From: Prorocentrum cordatum
Lineage: Eukaryota
Length of the DNA stretch: 57,535 bases
Reading direction: 5' to 3'
Assembly (NCBI GenBank): GCA_963575745.1
Contig: CAUYUJ010000017.1
Span: 62,001-119,535, forward strand
The notes under the pieces are model-generated. The model was not told where the DNA came from, searched no databases, and was given only the letters and a program-made list of their open reading frames with translations. A program made the translations under genes and the position numbers. Positions 9,644 to 22,243 of this stretch are shown piece after piece (the first letter of the stretch is position 1; each line of letters starts with the position of its first letter).

Positions 9644-12227
9644 TAATATATGTGGATCTGCAGGCATGTGGGTATCGTGTCCTCGCCTGCGCGAGTCCTA
9701 GCGGGCGGGTGCTACCCTGACCGCGGGGCGTTCCTGTGCCAGCTGTAGACGGGGGTTCAGGCGGCGTGGCTGCGTTGGCTTTGGAGGCTGGCCACGTGAG
9801 CCTGAATATTGACAGGTGTGTATATACATGTGTGTAAAGCACACGCGTACACATGCCTCGATTGTTGAATACGTACATGATGCGCATGCGCCAAACTAGC
9901 TTACACGAGCATGCATGACTACACCTGCACGTATACCAACATTCAGACCTACAAGCATCCAAGTGTATATCGCATTGGTTTCCACGCGATGGGGGCGAAC
10001 GATTTCTGTCGACCTCGTCCACCGCCTCCCCCCATCTCACCACCGTGTCTAGGCTAGACTGATATTGAATCACGCGCCTCGTTGCGTCACAGCCTCCTCT
10101 TTCACATTATCCTCGTCCCTCATCCTCCTCATTCCTACTCTGTTATTCCTCCTCCTCTTCCTCCTCCTCCTCCTCCTCTCATCTTCTCCTCCTTCGCTCC
10201 TCAATTTCCTCCTGATCCTCTTCCTCGCCTTTCTCCACAGCACGGCAACTCTCTCCTCACTATTCGCAGCGCTATCCTCATCCATGACTTTCTCCTCCTC
10301 CTCATCCTGCTCGGCCTCCTCCTTTCCACTCATGCCTGACTATCCTTTCTCCTCCTCCTCCTCCTCCTCCTGCACCCCACTCCTTCCTTGCCTCGTCCAG
10401 CCCACCCGTTCGCTCAATGCCGATGCTCCCAGCTGCCCGCCTCAGTTCGCCGATCTTGTATTCAATCAGCCTGTAGTGAAGCGGCGCGTCGTTGAAGCGG
10501 TTCCTCCACCCACCGGTCGTGTGGGCGGGGCGGAAAAAAAAGCCGAGCAACACGTGGTGATCGGGGAGGACCTTGCCGTCGAAATCGGCCTGGCGACACC
10601 TGCCTCCTGCATGGACCGCAAGGGCGTGCGAGGCGGCATGCTGGGGCACCTGAGCTGCCGGGAAGGCTTCTGACCTGTCTGCTGGGACGTGTCGCAGAAC
10701 GGACTCACCGGCAGAGTGGGGGCTGGATATAGGCAGGTGCGGCACGGGATTCGCGCACCCGCCGAGGTGCTGACTAAATTCTGGGTGGCACCGCGCACGG
10801 AAGCATGACGAAGTAGGAGGAAGCGTAAACCAGACCAGGACCCGGCCAACGCAAAAGCGGTGCTACTCCTCCCCGTACCATCTCGAACCCACACAAGCCA
10901 TGGAAATGCCTCCCTCACACCTTCGAAGGTTCGAACCTCCTCGAACCTTCTCCTCATCCTCCTCATACTCCTCCTGCTCCTGCTCCTGCTCCTGCTGCTC
11001 CTCCTCCTCCTCCTCCTCCTCCTCCTCCTCCTCCTCCTCCTCCTCCTCCTCCTCCTCCTCTCCAGAACCCTTTGACTCCCCTCGCACAATCGAAAACCCG
11101 TCCCCTCTTACCTCCAGGCGAGAACGCGAGGGCATGAGTGCGATGGATGGCCCGAGGGGGCTGCGGTCAGGAGCTTCTGAACAGCGAGTCGCCCCGGCGG
11201 CCCCCCAACGACGCGCTATAGGCTTTGCAAGCGGACAGCGCGCCGCGGCGCGCCGCGGCGTGGGAGGCCGGGAGAGGCAGGGCTCGGAACGCCTGCCCGA
11301 GGTCTATCTCCTCTCTTGGGAGGAGGACGAGGAGGAGGAGGAGGAGGAGGAGGAGGAGGACGAGGAGGAGGAGGAGGAGGAGGAGGAGGCCTGGGTAGCG
11401 AGTCGCGCCGAAGCGTGTCGGGCCACGGGGCGATGCGCGATGCGAAAGTTCCCCACGGCCGGAGGAGGGTGAACCGCCGGGTGCACCAACAGAGCGCACC
11501 AGCGGGCGTGGCCGACGGCCGTGTGACAGTCTTCCTCGGCAGCTGATGGGCCTGTCTCCCACCACCACCACCGCCATGAGTCGGAGGGGGGGGGTCCTCC
11601 TCCTCCTCCTCCTCCTCCTCCTCCTCCTCCTCCTCCTCCTCCTCTTCGTCCTCCTCTTCGCCTCCTCCTCCTCCTCCTCCTCCTCCTCCTCCTCCTCCTC
11701 CTCCTCCTTCCCCCCTTCCAACCTATAGTGGTGGTAGTGGAAAACAGGCCCATCAACAGTTGCCGATGCCCGTGCTGTGCGCTGTGCACTACTCGGGCGG
11801 CGCGCCAGAAGAGGAGAGAGGAGAGCGAAGGCGGCGGACAACAGGAGGAGCAGGGGGAGGGGGAAGAGGAGGAGGTGGAGGAGGAGGAGGAGGACAAATA
11901 GGAGCGACACTGGGCGGCCAGCAAGAGAAGGACAGACGAGGCAAGGAAAGCGATCCGCAAAGATAAGACCAACAAACATAAGCAACAATTGAGAAGATAG
12001 GGGTCCGCTGCCCTTCAAGAGGAACACCCCGACAACGGACAGAGAGGCAAGCCACCAGCGATCTACAGAGCAGAATGGGCGGACAAATCCTGCCCCCCTA
12101 GGACGAGTCACACTGCCACAGGAGAGGCCGGAGAAGGTCACCTCGACCAGCCAGGAGCAGAGGTGAGGAGTGAACGGCAACGGCGCGGAAGAAGCAGGCC
12201 CAGAACTCCGCAGAAGCCGACCTGCAC

Positions 12228-12452
12228 GAGGAGGAGGAGGAGGAGACGGCGCAGGAGGAGGAGGAAGGCGAGGGACGAGAAGGGAGGGGCCGAGGGAGGA
12301 TGGAGGAGGGCTGTCGATTCCTTCTTCTCCTCCTTCTCCTCCTTCTTCTCCTCTTCCTCCTCCTCCTCCTCCTCTCCTCCTCCTCCTCCTCCTCCTCCTC
12401 CTCCTGCTCCTGCTCCTCCTCCTCCTGCTCCTCCTCGCTCCCCTCCTCCTCC
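12228..12452 (+). repeat. (GGA)n-core-(TCC)n foldback unit; inverted twin at 13551-13815
   Basis: The ~95-nt core GGAAGGCGAGGGACGAGAAGGGAGGGGCCGAGGGAGGATGGAGGAGGGCTGTCGATTCCTTCTTC... matches the reverse complement of about 13660-13755 with about 3 mismatches. Confidence 0.85.
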
Positions 12453-12509
12453 CTTCTCCAGGGGGCGGCCGGGCCAGCGGGGCTGCGAGGGTGCCCCCGA
12501 GCACGCCGC

Positions 12510-12554
12510 CTCCGACAAGCCGGCGCACATCCTCTTGTAGGTGGCTTCCCACGT
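12510..12554 (-). CDS. Possible further exon of the minus-strand gene (TWEATYKRMCAGLSE)
   Basis: Almost all third positions are G/C and the donor is GAG|gcggcg. The acceptor and the join to other exons are unresolved. Confidence 0.35.
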
Positions 12555-12954
12555 CTCGGCGGGCGGGCCGGGCGGGCACTGCCGCCGAGGGGGCCGCCGA
12601 GACGGGCCCTGGGCCTCCCCCCTCCCCTGCAGGGCCCTCCTCCTCCTCCTCCTCCTCCTCCTGTTCCTCCTCCTCCTCCTCCTCCTCCTCCTCCTCCTCC
12701 TTCCTCCTCCTGTTCCTCCTGTTCCTCCTCCTCCTCCTCCTCCTCCTCCTCCTCCTCTTCCTCCTCCTCCTCCTCGATCCAGACCAGCCGTCGATGTGAA
12801 TTTTCAGTCCCGGCGTCTTCCCCCGCTTTCGGTCCGTGGGGCCCGTCGCCGGGCCCCGGGGCCGTGAGCAGTGGGCCCGGGACGAAACACGACCCCATAT
12901 GGGAAGGAGTCGGGACCCTTCTGGCCGAGGGTTGAACCACGCCCGGTGGCGTGC

Positions 12955-13094
12955 AGGTCATGGCCCGAGGCATGTGCGCGGCCTCTCGGGGGGGGCAGAG
13001 GACGTCTTGAAATAAGAAGAGGCGCAATGAAATCTAGGAAGATCTCATGGCCTCCGCCATGATATCCACCCCCCCTAGTCATCACCTCCCTCTT
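12955..13094 (+). repeat. Dispersed repeat; uninterrupted (empty-site) paralog of 51178-51885
   Basis: GGCATGTGCGCGGCC...GGACGTCTTGAAATAAGAAGAGGCGC...ATGGCCTCCGCCATGATATCCACCCCCC is contiguous here but split by about 570 bp at 51232-51801. Confidence 0.8.
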
Positions 13095-13550
13095 GACCGC
13101 CCGCGGAAAAAAAACACACAGTCCCATGCCCCCGACGTCATGTTACGTCATGCTTTTTCATGGCGCGGCACCCCGGAAGTCTCGACCCGTAACCCATGGA
13201 CTGGTTCTTCATCCCGAGCCGCTCTTGACGGCCCCGAGGGCCAGTGAGGTCCTCAAGAGGCCGGAAAACTAGCGAAAAGCCTCCCGTCGTATATGTTGCT
13301 TTCATGGCCCGCAGGGGTCTGGGCTGGACGTCTGAGGGCAGTGGCCGCGTCGGACGAACGCCGGGGGTGGGGACAGCAGCGGGGGTGCCGGCGACACAGC
13401 GCACGCGGCCAGCACTCGCGGCCCACCCCCGGGAAGCCGGAGGCGGCCGCGCACCGAGGACTGCCCTGGACGGCAAAGCGGAAACCGGCTGCGCGCAGCA
13501 CCACGCTTCCCTGTTCCGAATCTCCCCCCTTTGATCCGCCCCTGGAGGGG

Positions 13551-13815
13551 GAGGAGGAGGAGGAGGAGGAGGAGGAGGAGGAGGAGGAGGAGGAGGAGGA
13601 GGACGACGACGAGGAGGACGAGGAGGAGGAGGAGCAGGAGCAGGAGGAGGAGGAGGAGGAGGAAGAGGACAAGAAGGAGGAGAAGGAGGAGAAGAAAGAA
13701 TCGACAGTCCTCCTCCATCCTCCCTCGGCCCCTCCCTTCTCGTCCCTCGCCTTCCTCCTCCTCCTCCTCCTCCTCCTCCTCTTCCTCCTCCTTCTCCTCC
13801 TCCTCCTCCTCCTCT
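13551..13815 (-). repeat. (GGA)n-core-(TCC)n foldback unit, inverted copy of 12228-12452
   Basis: Near-identical core in opposite orientation. Confidence 0.85.
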
Positions 13816-13965
13816 TCCCCCCTGCCGCATCCTTCTGCCCATTCCGGGCCCGCCGATGGCTAACCCTCCTCGAGGAGGGGGATCAGGGGTGGAAGTTAAC
13901 GGTGGGGAGTTACTAGAAGAAGAAGAAGACGAAGAAGAAAAAGAAGAAGAAGAAGAAGAAGAAGC

Positions 13966-14136
13966 GCCATACACATAAGCTTTGGGCGCTCCGCGCGGAT
14001 TTAGTGGATCTGCGCTGGACCCCCCTCCCTGGCGCGCGGAGCGCGCCAGTGGCGGCGCCAGAGGCGCCGCCGGGGGGTGGGGTAAAGCGTGAATCCAAGA
14101 ACTCCGCGCGGAGCGCCAAACATTTATGTGTATGGC
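13966..14136. mobile_element. MITE-like family C copy
   Basis: TIR GCCATACACATAA / TTATGTGTATGGC plus inner GCGCTCCGCGCGGA / TCCGCGCGGAGCGC. Confidence 0.8.
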
Positions 14137-14250
14137 ATTGTGTCTTCCTTGATGTATGTCGTCCTCTTCTTGTTTTCTTTCTTCTTCTTCGAATAAAAGC
14201 GGGGGGCGAACGAGGGGTGCATCGGCGCCGATCCCGGCCAGGTCAATGTC

Positions 14251-14308
14251 CTGGGCCCAGGAGTGGTGCATTTTCTCGGTCCGGCCAGCAAGACGTACAC
14301 ACCGATTC
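14251..14308 (-). CDS. Candidate exon H of the minus-strand gene (IGVYVLLAGPRKCTTPGP)
   Basis: Acceptor cag|GA is phase-compatible with exon G and the donor is AG|ga. An alternative frame and acceptor are also possible. Confidence 0.35.
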
Positions 14309-14634
14309 CTGGACCAGAGGGTGGACCTGGCCAGGCTCGCTGCAGGTGTATAGCCTTGGGTCGGACAAATAATCAAACATACGCAATAGAGCACGACAAA
14401 TCGTCAACATACGATTTTCTGACTATGCTTGAATATTTGCCCTGTAGAGGGACATGCCAGACTTAAGTATAGCTGGTGTCCTCCGAGTGAAGGGCAACGT
14501 CCCGAAAGGAACCCCAAACTGCCACCCCGAGCCCAGAAGGCGCCTGGAAGGCACACCCATCTGCGCCCCGCTGTTTTTAAGGGGCGGGGATGGGAACGGA
14601 CGAACCCTCAAATCCGGGCATCAAAGATACTTAC

Positions 14635-14710
14635 GCATGGTGACGGGCTGGATCTCGCGAATGTCGGGCTCCGGGTGCCCTTCTCTTTGCGCCAGGGCCG
14701 TCAAGTATCC
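14635..14710 (-). CDS. Exon G of unknown multi-exon gene (GYLTALAQREGHPEPDIREIQPVTM)
   Basis: Acceptor ccccag|G, donor C|gtaagt, high GC3, in phase with exon F. Confidence 0.65.
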
Positions 14711-15482
14711 CTGGGGCGCCCCCAAAGCCCATGGCATGAGCATGAGCCATGGCGCTGGAGAAGATGGAACAAAAAAGCCTGCAGATGCGCAACCTTCCAG
14801 CGCGACAGCCTGCCGTCCCGCAACTGCCCCCCCCCGAGTGCCCCACAGGCCCACGGACCCCTCCCTTTTCCCCCCACCCTCCACCCCACGTCACGCCTCT
14901 GCCCCCACCAGGCATCCCAGCATCACCCCCTCGCCCTCCCCCCCCCCACCTCCCCCCACCCGCTCGTCTCGGTCGCCCTCTGTCCCCGTCCCCCCCGTCC
15001 CCCCCCTGTATCTCTCCTGCCCCTCCTGTCCCTGTCCCTGTCCCGATCCCGACCCCTTCTACAGATCTGCCCCTCTCTCTGCCCCTCTCCTCCCTACCCC
15101 GCCCCTCGGCCTCCCCTTGCCCGCCCCACACCCCCCCTGCCCCCCTCCCCCCTCCTGCAGAGTCGTCCGCCAAGCATTCAGTCGGGCCTGTCCCCCTACA
15201 GGGGGATTTTCGACGGGGAAAAAACCCAAAATAACCGAACAATGCTCCAAAAACAGTGTAGCACTACTTTTTGGATCTGTTGTTGCCTTTTTGGGGAGGG
15301 CACTTTTGTGGTATTTCCCACTTTTCGTCGAAGATCCCCCTGTATGGGGGACGAGCCCGACATCAGCCAAGCCGCGCGCCGAGGGCGCGGCTGCACCGCC
15401 CGACCCCCCGCTGCACCCGCGGGCCGCTGCGCGCCACCCGCCGCCTCTCGCTCGTGCCCTCCGATCGGGCCGGAGCGTGCGC

Positions 15483-15525
15483 TAAGCCGGGGGCCAGCAG
15501 CTCCTTCCGCACGTGCGCCTTCACC
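15483..15525 (-). CDS. Exon F of unknown multi-exon gene (VKAHVRKELLAPGL)
   Basis: Acceptor ccgcag|G, donor TTA|gcgcac, 13 of 14 codons end in G/C; phase 2 in and phase 0 out fit both neighbours. Confidence 0.6.
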
Positions 15526-16379
15526 CTGCGGGCGCCGCTCGCTGCGGCGTCACGAGGGAGCACGAGGCACTGCAGCGAGGCAAGATGCGGTCACCATCGG
15601 CATTCGGGCCAGGGGTGCGGGTGGGAACGGGTCCGAATCGCTCAGCCAGCCCATCCGACTCCAAGCCCACCCCAGACCAGCAACTATGGGGATCCACACC
15701 GAGGTCCCGGGTCGGCGCCAGGATCCCCCGCTCGCACCCAAAACGCCACCCCAGCGGTGCACCCAGTACGACCCAGGCGCCTGGGATGAGGAGCGGGGAG
15801 GGGGGGGGGCCGACCCCGCATCTCAGCGCAGACCTCCGAGAGGGAGCCGTCCAGGAGAGAGGGAGGAGAAAGCGAGGGGAGGAGATGGCCCGTGCTTTGC
15901 GTCGGCGGCACTGGTCGAAGCGACGGGCCGGCGTTCCCCAGCTGCCTCACCGGAAAGGGGCCGTGCAGGGATGATGAGGGGGGGGGGAGCGGCGGAGGTG
16001 GAGAGGGTATTCGCGCCTCCAGCACGATTTGCTATACAAATCCTCGATCGCACCCGGTCATGGCGGAGGGGAGGTGCAGGCGTCGCCGCCGATCCTGGTC
16101 AGGGAAGGGAGGAGCGCAGGAGTTATATCCGCCGAGAGGAACAAGGAGAGGAGGTGCAAAACTAAAGACCTTCCTCGGGTATCGAGCACGCCCGCGCGCG
16201 CGTGCGCGCAGACGTACGTATTTGATGGCTCCACGGGCCTATTCCAAACCAGCCTACCGCAACTGGGGTCGCCGCGGGCGCGTCTGACGCGCCCGCTACT
16301 GCGACGAAGCTTTGCCATCGCGTGCTAGCTGTCCCCCAACGCGGCATGTACTTCGCCGCCTGTTAGCGAGGCGTCACGC

Positions 16380-16451
16380 CTGAATTGGCTGCGCCGGAGA
16401 TGGGTCCCTGGCTTCCCGAAGATCTGGACAAAGTTGGCGGAGAGGGAGAAC
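16380..16451 (-). CDS. Exon E of unknown multi-exon gene (FSLSANFVQIFGKPGTHLRRSQF)
   Basis: Acceptor gag|G, donor AG|gcgtga, high GC3; completes the TG|G (Trp) codon from exon D. Confidence 0.65.
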
Positions 16452-16829
16452 CTCTCCCACCGCCAGCACTCCACAAGCTCACCGCCAGCCACGCTGAATC
16501 CCCCCCGAGACCGCTGCACTTTGAATGCGGCATGCCAGCTTGCTGACTGTCCGCGGCGCCGTCTGCCAGCTCGAAGAGAAGCAGGAGACAATGCGGCAAA
16601 ACGCCTGTGGCCCAATCTGGTAAATCTCTTGTGGGCGAGTTCTGGATGGAAACTGGGAAAAACGCAAACTTAAACAACTTGCACTGGCCCCGCGCAACGA
16701 TGGACTCGCAAGGCCGCGCTCGCGGTGAAGCGAGTGAGGCAAGGGACCCAGTGGCCAAACCGACCCTGGGTTTATTGAGAATCCTACAGGAACAAACCCA
16801 GACCGACAAAAGACAAAACCAAACGCACC

Positions 16830-17980
16830 TGGACACCCCAGGCACACCTTAAACACACGCCGAGACACACCCAGACACACTCCAGACACAGCCCCCAGAC
16901 ACACCCCAGACACACCCCAGGCACACCCCAGGCACGCCCAGACACACCCCAGACACACCCCAGACACACCCCAGGCACACCCCAGACACACCCCAGACAC
17001 ACCCAGACACACCCCAGACACACCCCAGACACACCCCAGACACACCTAGACACACCCAGACACATCCAGACACACCCAGACACACCCCAGACACACCTCA
17101 GACACCACACCCAGACACACCCAGCCACACCCCAGACACACCCCAGACACACCCCAGACACACCCCAGACACACCCAGACACATCCAGACACCCCCCAGA
17201 CAATCCAGACACCCAGACACACCCCAGACACACCCCAGACACACCCCAGGCACACCCCAGACACACCCCAGACACACCTAGACACAACCAGACATACCCA
17301 GACACACCCCAGACACACCACCCAGGCACACCCAGACACACCCAGACACACGCCAGACACACTCCAGACACACCCCAGACACACCCAGACACACCCGGGA
17401 CACACCCAGACACACCCCAGGCACACCCAGACGCATCCCAAACACACCCTAGAAACACCCAAACACGCCCCAACACACACCCAGACACCACCAGACACAC
17501 TACAGACACATTGCAGACACACCCAGACACACAGAAGACACACCCCAGACACACCCAGACACACCCAGACACACCCCAGACACACCCCAGACACACCCCA
17601 GACACACCCCAGACGCACCCAGACACACCCCACACCCCAGACACACCCAGACACACCCACACACACCCCAGACACACCAAGACACAACCAGACACACCCC
17701 AGACACACCCCAGACACACCCGATAACCCCCCAGACACACCCAGACACGCCCCAGACACACCCCAGACACACCCAGACACGCCCAGACACACCCCAAACA
17801 CGCCCCAGACACACCCCAGACACACCTCGACACACCCAGACACACCCCAGACACACCCAGACACACCCCAGATATACCCAGACACACCCCAGTCACAACC
17901 AGATAAGCCCAGACACACCCCAGACACAACTCAGACACACCCAAACACAACACAAACACACCCCAGACACGCCCCGACAT
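16830..17980 (+). repeat. (CAGACACACCC[C])n 11-12-bp minisatellite
   Basis: Direct inspection; source of the CLGCVWGVSG ORFs. Confidence 0.95.
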
Positions 17981-18498
17981 GTCGATCACGAGGTTTTCGG
18001 CGATTCTGGCTACGAGGACTCCGACTCAAATTCCGACGTCTCTGACCCCAACGCCGACGACGGTTCCGATGACTATGACGAGTTGTACTCCGACGGCGAC
18101 GGCTCCGACGATGACTACGAGGACCGTCAGACCGCACTAGGCGTTTACAACCCTTCTTCACTCTACGGCCGCAATCCCACAGGCGCCATGCCCTCAAGAA
18201 ATTGTAGCTTGGCTTCCGCAAACGGGCCGGTGTAGACAAATAGAAGCGCATGTGTCTACACCAGAAAAAATGTGTCTACACGTACGCTGGCTTTCAACAT
18301 TATAAGGTTTTTGGCGTGCGCCGGTGAACACCTTGGAACGCACCCTGGCCTCAAAAACGTATGTCGTACAAGTGTGGTTCCTGTGCGTCGCAGCCCTGGG
18401 ATGTTGCTGTGTACGCATGCATACAGCGGTGAAGTGTGACCGAATTTTGAGCTAGGGTACATGGAAAAAACAACAAAGAATCGAGAACCGTGCGAAAG

Positions 18499-19400
18499 AG
18501 ACACACCCATGACACACCACAGACGCACACAAGCTCGCCAGCAGACACGTCCCAGACACATCCCCAGACACACCCCAAGCACACCTCAGACACGCACCCC
18601 AGGCACACCCAGACACACCCCAAGCACACCCCAGACACATCCAGACACATCAGCAACACACCCAGACGCACCCCAGACACACCCTAGGCACACCCAAACA
18701 CACCCCATACACATCCGAGGCAAACTCAGACACACCCCAGACACAGCCGAACACACCCCAGACAAACTCCAGACACACCCCAGACACACCACCCAGGCAC
18801 ACCCCAGACACACCCAGAAACACCCCAGACACACTCCAGACACACCCCAGACACACCCAGACACATCCCAGACACACCCAGACACACCCCAGACACACCC
18901 CAGACACACTCAGACACACCCCAGATACACGACAGAGACGCGCCAGACTTACACCCAGACACACCCCAGACACACCCCGGACACACCCCAGACACACCCC
19001 AGACACACCCCAGACGCACGCCAGACTCACGCCAGACACGCACCTCAGACACGCACCTCAGGCACGTACCCCAGACACGCCCAGACACACCCCAGACACA
19101 CCCCAGACACACCCCAGACACACCCCAGACACACCCACCCAGGCACACCCAAGACACACTCCAGACACACCCAGACACACCCCAGACACACCCCGACACA
19201 CTCCAGACACCTCACGTACAGACACATACCGACACACCCAGACACACCCCAGACACGCCCCAGACACAACTCAGACACACCCCAGACACGCCCCAAACAC
19301 ACCCCAGACACATCCCCGACACACCCCAGACACATCCAGACACACCCCAGACACACCCAGACACACCCCAGACACACCCCAATTACACACAGACGCACCA
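18499..19400 (+). repeat. Second (CAGACACACCC[C])n minisatellite block
   Basis: Same unit as 16830-17980. Confidence 0.95.
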
Positions 19401-21088
19401 AACATGACGAATCCAAAGACCCCGGCGGCTTTGGCTCCGACTATGCCGTCTGCAAATCCGGCGACTCTGACTCTGACACCGACAATTACGATTCCGACTC
19501 CTACTTCGACAGCAAGAGCGACCGGGAAGCCGTTGATCTCCTTGTCGCGTCCCTACACCCTTCCGCTATCACGTTCCCTTCGTCCTCCGTCATATTTCCC
19601 TGCCTCTGTCGTCCCTTTTTCTCTTTCACCCCTCCTACTTCATCTCTTTCTCTCTCTTTCCCAACACGTCCGCCTACCACCCCAGGTCCATCATCAGCTC
19701 CCCTTCCCACCCCCTTCACCGTTTGTCCATCCTCCGCCACCCATGTCCTCCTAGCTCCCCCATCCTCTCTTCCTGCCTCTTCCTGCCACACCATGGACCA
19801 GCGACCGCACAAGAGTGGAAACCATAAAGGAAGAGGCCCCTGGGGGTCCTACTTCGGGCCCAAACTCTCCCGCCAGCGATTAACAACCCCATCCCTGCTT
19901 GTCCACATGATCATGGATACGGATGTACAGTCGCAGTCTAAACCCGAACAGTCCTGAGACAAACAGGTCAGTGATACTGGGTAGGAAAGGACATTCATGA
20001 GCTTGGCCTCCCAGGGCCGTCTTGGAGGGCCTCCCGGGGCATTCTCGGGGCGTTTTGAAGGCACTTTGGGCCGCTGGGGGCGCCGGTTTTGAAGGGAGAT
20101 GGCAGCGCGCGCTCTGCACGCGCCAGGCAAGACACGAATTCTTGGGCAAGACACTGTTGGCAGCACCTGCTCTTCTGTTGGCTAATCCTCGGCTGCCGCC
20201 CGATAGTCCTCGGCCGCCGCCCAGCACGTACTTGGAAACGACATGTGATTATGACGCGTTTGAGCACAATGGCAAAATAAGGCCCTTAGAGGTCAATCGG
20301 CAACGAGTGACGCATAAACACACGTGACACACGCACTATCTCACACCCGTGCAACTTTATCACGAGCTAGCCGGCAGACCACGAAGTACCGCTGGTCTCC
20401 GTAAACCTCTAGGGGCAGTGACAGGAGTATCCCCAAATTGGGATTGCTCAAATAAAAACAGTCAGGGCATCAGTTCACTTACTTCCCCGCTGGGATAGCG
20501 TTCATTCTGGGCATCGCCAATTGCCTTTTTTTGCCGTCTTCAAGGTAGATTCCGGGTCTGGAGTCACATCGTACGAACTTGTACGTAAGACCTTAACCAG
20601 AGAATATGTAGGCACATTCTTCGCAAGGCAATGTACAACCATAATGCCTGTGACACTCCACCAGATCTTATCACAAAACTGCGCGGAAGAACGATCTCTA
20701 CTTCTTCCGTTCCGTTCGTCCAAATACAAATCGATACTCAAGCTCTTTTCTTCTGTCTCACCCATAGTTGGTGCTATGAGATGTTCTTCGAAACTTGCAC
20801 ACTCCGTCATCCACAAGACTCTCATAGACATGGCTGGTGTATCTTCCCAGTTGGTTGGTGGCTTTTTTCCTGTACCAAGCACACCTCGCGCATCTGCGAT
20901 GGCGGCACGACTGCGCACACCAGATTCTGCAACCCAGAAGCAAGCCAGGGTGATCGCCCGACCCTTAAAAAAAACAGCCCCACGCCGAGGAGGGAGGACG
21001 TCGACGAGGGCGAGCGGCGGCGGCAGGACGAGACTGGGGGGAGGGGCGGCGCCGGCCGGGGAGGGCCGCAGGGAGGGGGGGGGCGCGC

Positions 21089-21126
21089 CAGTTCCAGACG
21101 GTGCCCAGGAAGATCGTGTTCGGCGC
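21089..21126 (-). CDS. Exon D of unknown multi-exon gene (APNTIFLGTVWN-W)
   Basis: Acceptor gcag|G, donor TG|gcgcgc, 12 of 12 codons end in G/C, in phase with exon C. Confidence 0.65.
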
Positions 21127-21182
21127 CTGCTTGTCGCTCTTTCCGTCTCCACGTGTCTGTCTGTCGTTCTCCCCTCTATTTC

Positions 21183-21207
21183 GCTCTCTCTCTCTCTCTA
21201 TCTCTGT

Positions 21208-21238
<31 letters not shown>

Positions 21239-21301
21239 TCGCTATCACTCTCTCTCTCTCTCTTTTTGGTGTCTCTCTCTCTCTCTCTCCTTTCCTTTTT
21301 T

Positions 21302-21374
<73 letters not shown>
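21183..21374 (+). repeat. (CT)n microsatellite
   Basis: Direct inspection. Confidence 0.95.
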
Positions 21375-21375
<1 letters not shown>

Positions 21376-21376
21376 G

Positions 21377-21535
21377 GCGGCGCGCACAAATGGGGTATGG
21401 TGGAGGGGGGGAGGCTTCTTTGAAGGAGACTGCTTCTTAGAAGGCACCAGTCTTACATCTACAGCATTCTAAGAAGCAGGGGTGCTTCTGAGAAGCCTTC
21501 CCCCCATCTCCCCTTACCCCCCATCTGCGCGTGGC
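21377..21535. mobile_element. MITE-like family E
   Basis: Homologous to 36207-36373 (CGGCGCGCACAAA.GGGGTATGG...CTTAGAAGG...TACATCTA...GAAGCCTTCCCC...GCGCGTGGC), with nested inverted repeats. Confidence 0.65.
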
Positions 21536-22122
21536 AAACTCTCCCCTGTGGTCTCTCTCTCGCGCTCTCTCTCTCTCTCTCTCTCTCCAAACCTCCTCGC
21601 GCTGCGAAGCACCAGAGGACCATGCTGGGCCCTGGGCCGGCAACGAAGCGGCCGTAGGCGTCGTGGAGCGGATCCCTATCCCTGAAGGGCGTGGCCTAGG
21701 CCCCGCGGGCCGATCTGCCCCTCTGGATGGGGAGAGCGGCTGTCCCCCTCGAGTCTCGAAGGACACCTCCCCTACGGCCCCTACGGAGGTGGTGGGATGG
21801 TGGGGATCGGGATGGGGACGGGGCTCGTCGGCGGCGCGCCCGGGGGCAGAGTGAGAAGGGGCGGGCCTTGCCAGACGGCTCGGCAAACCCCCGGCCTGCT
21901 GAGAAGCTTCCTGCGCTTCGCCCGCCACCGCGTCGGAATCATACCGCGGCCCCTCTCCCTCCCTCCTACCCTGCCCCTCCACACCCCTCCCCCATCGCAC
22001 ACCTGCTCCTCGTCTCGGACTCCGCCTCCCCCTGCTTCCCCTGCGCACCTGCTCCTGCAGGGACTCCTCCGGGGTGCGGGCCCGCCTCCCGCCGCGCGCT
22101 GGCGCCGAGACAGCACGCTGGC

Positions 22123-22243
22123 CATCGCTCGGACGTCCATTCCCTGTGCTTTTTTCGGTTTCGTGCGTGGTTTTTTCGCCAAATGATCCAGGATGCTCCT
22201 CGATGGTCCTCGCCGAAGGAAAAATTCACACGTCCGAGCGATG
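22123..22243. mobile_element. MITE-like family I (TIR CATCGCTCGGACGT / ACGTCCGAGCGATG)
   Basis: Perfect 14-bp TIR; longer relative at 23474-23704. Confidence 0.75.

Noticed and set aside
14429..16165. 578-aa plus-strand ORF
   Set aside because: Pro/Arg/Gly-rich GC artefact lying antisense to the better-supported exons F and G.
16784..19957. Long Cys/Val/Gly or His/Thr/Pro repeat proteins
   Set aside because: These are minisatellite translations.
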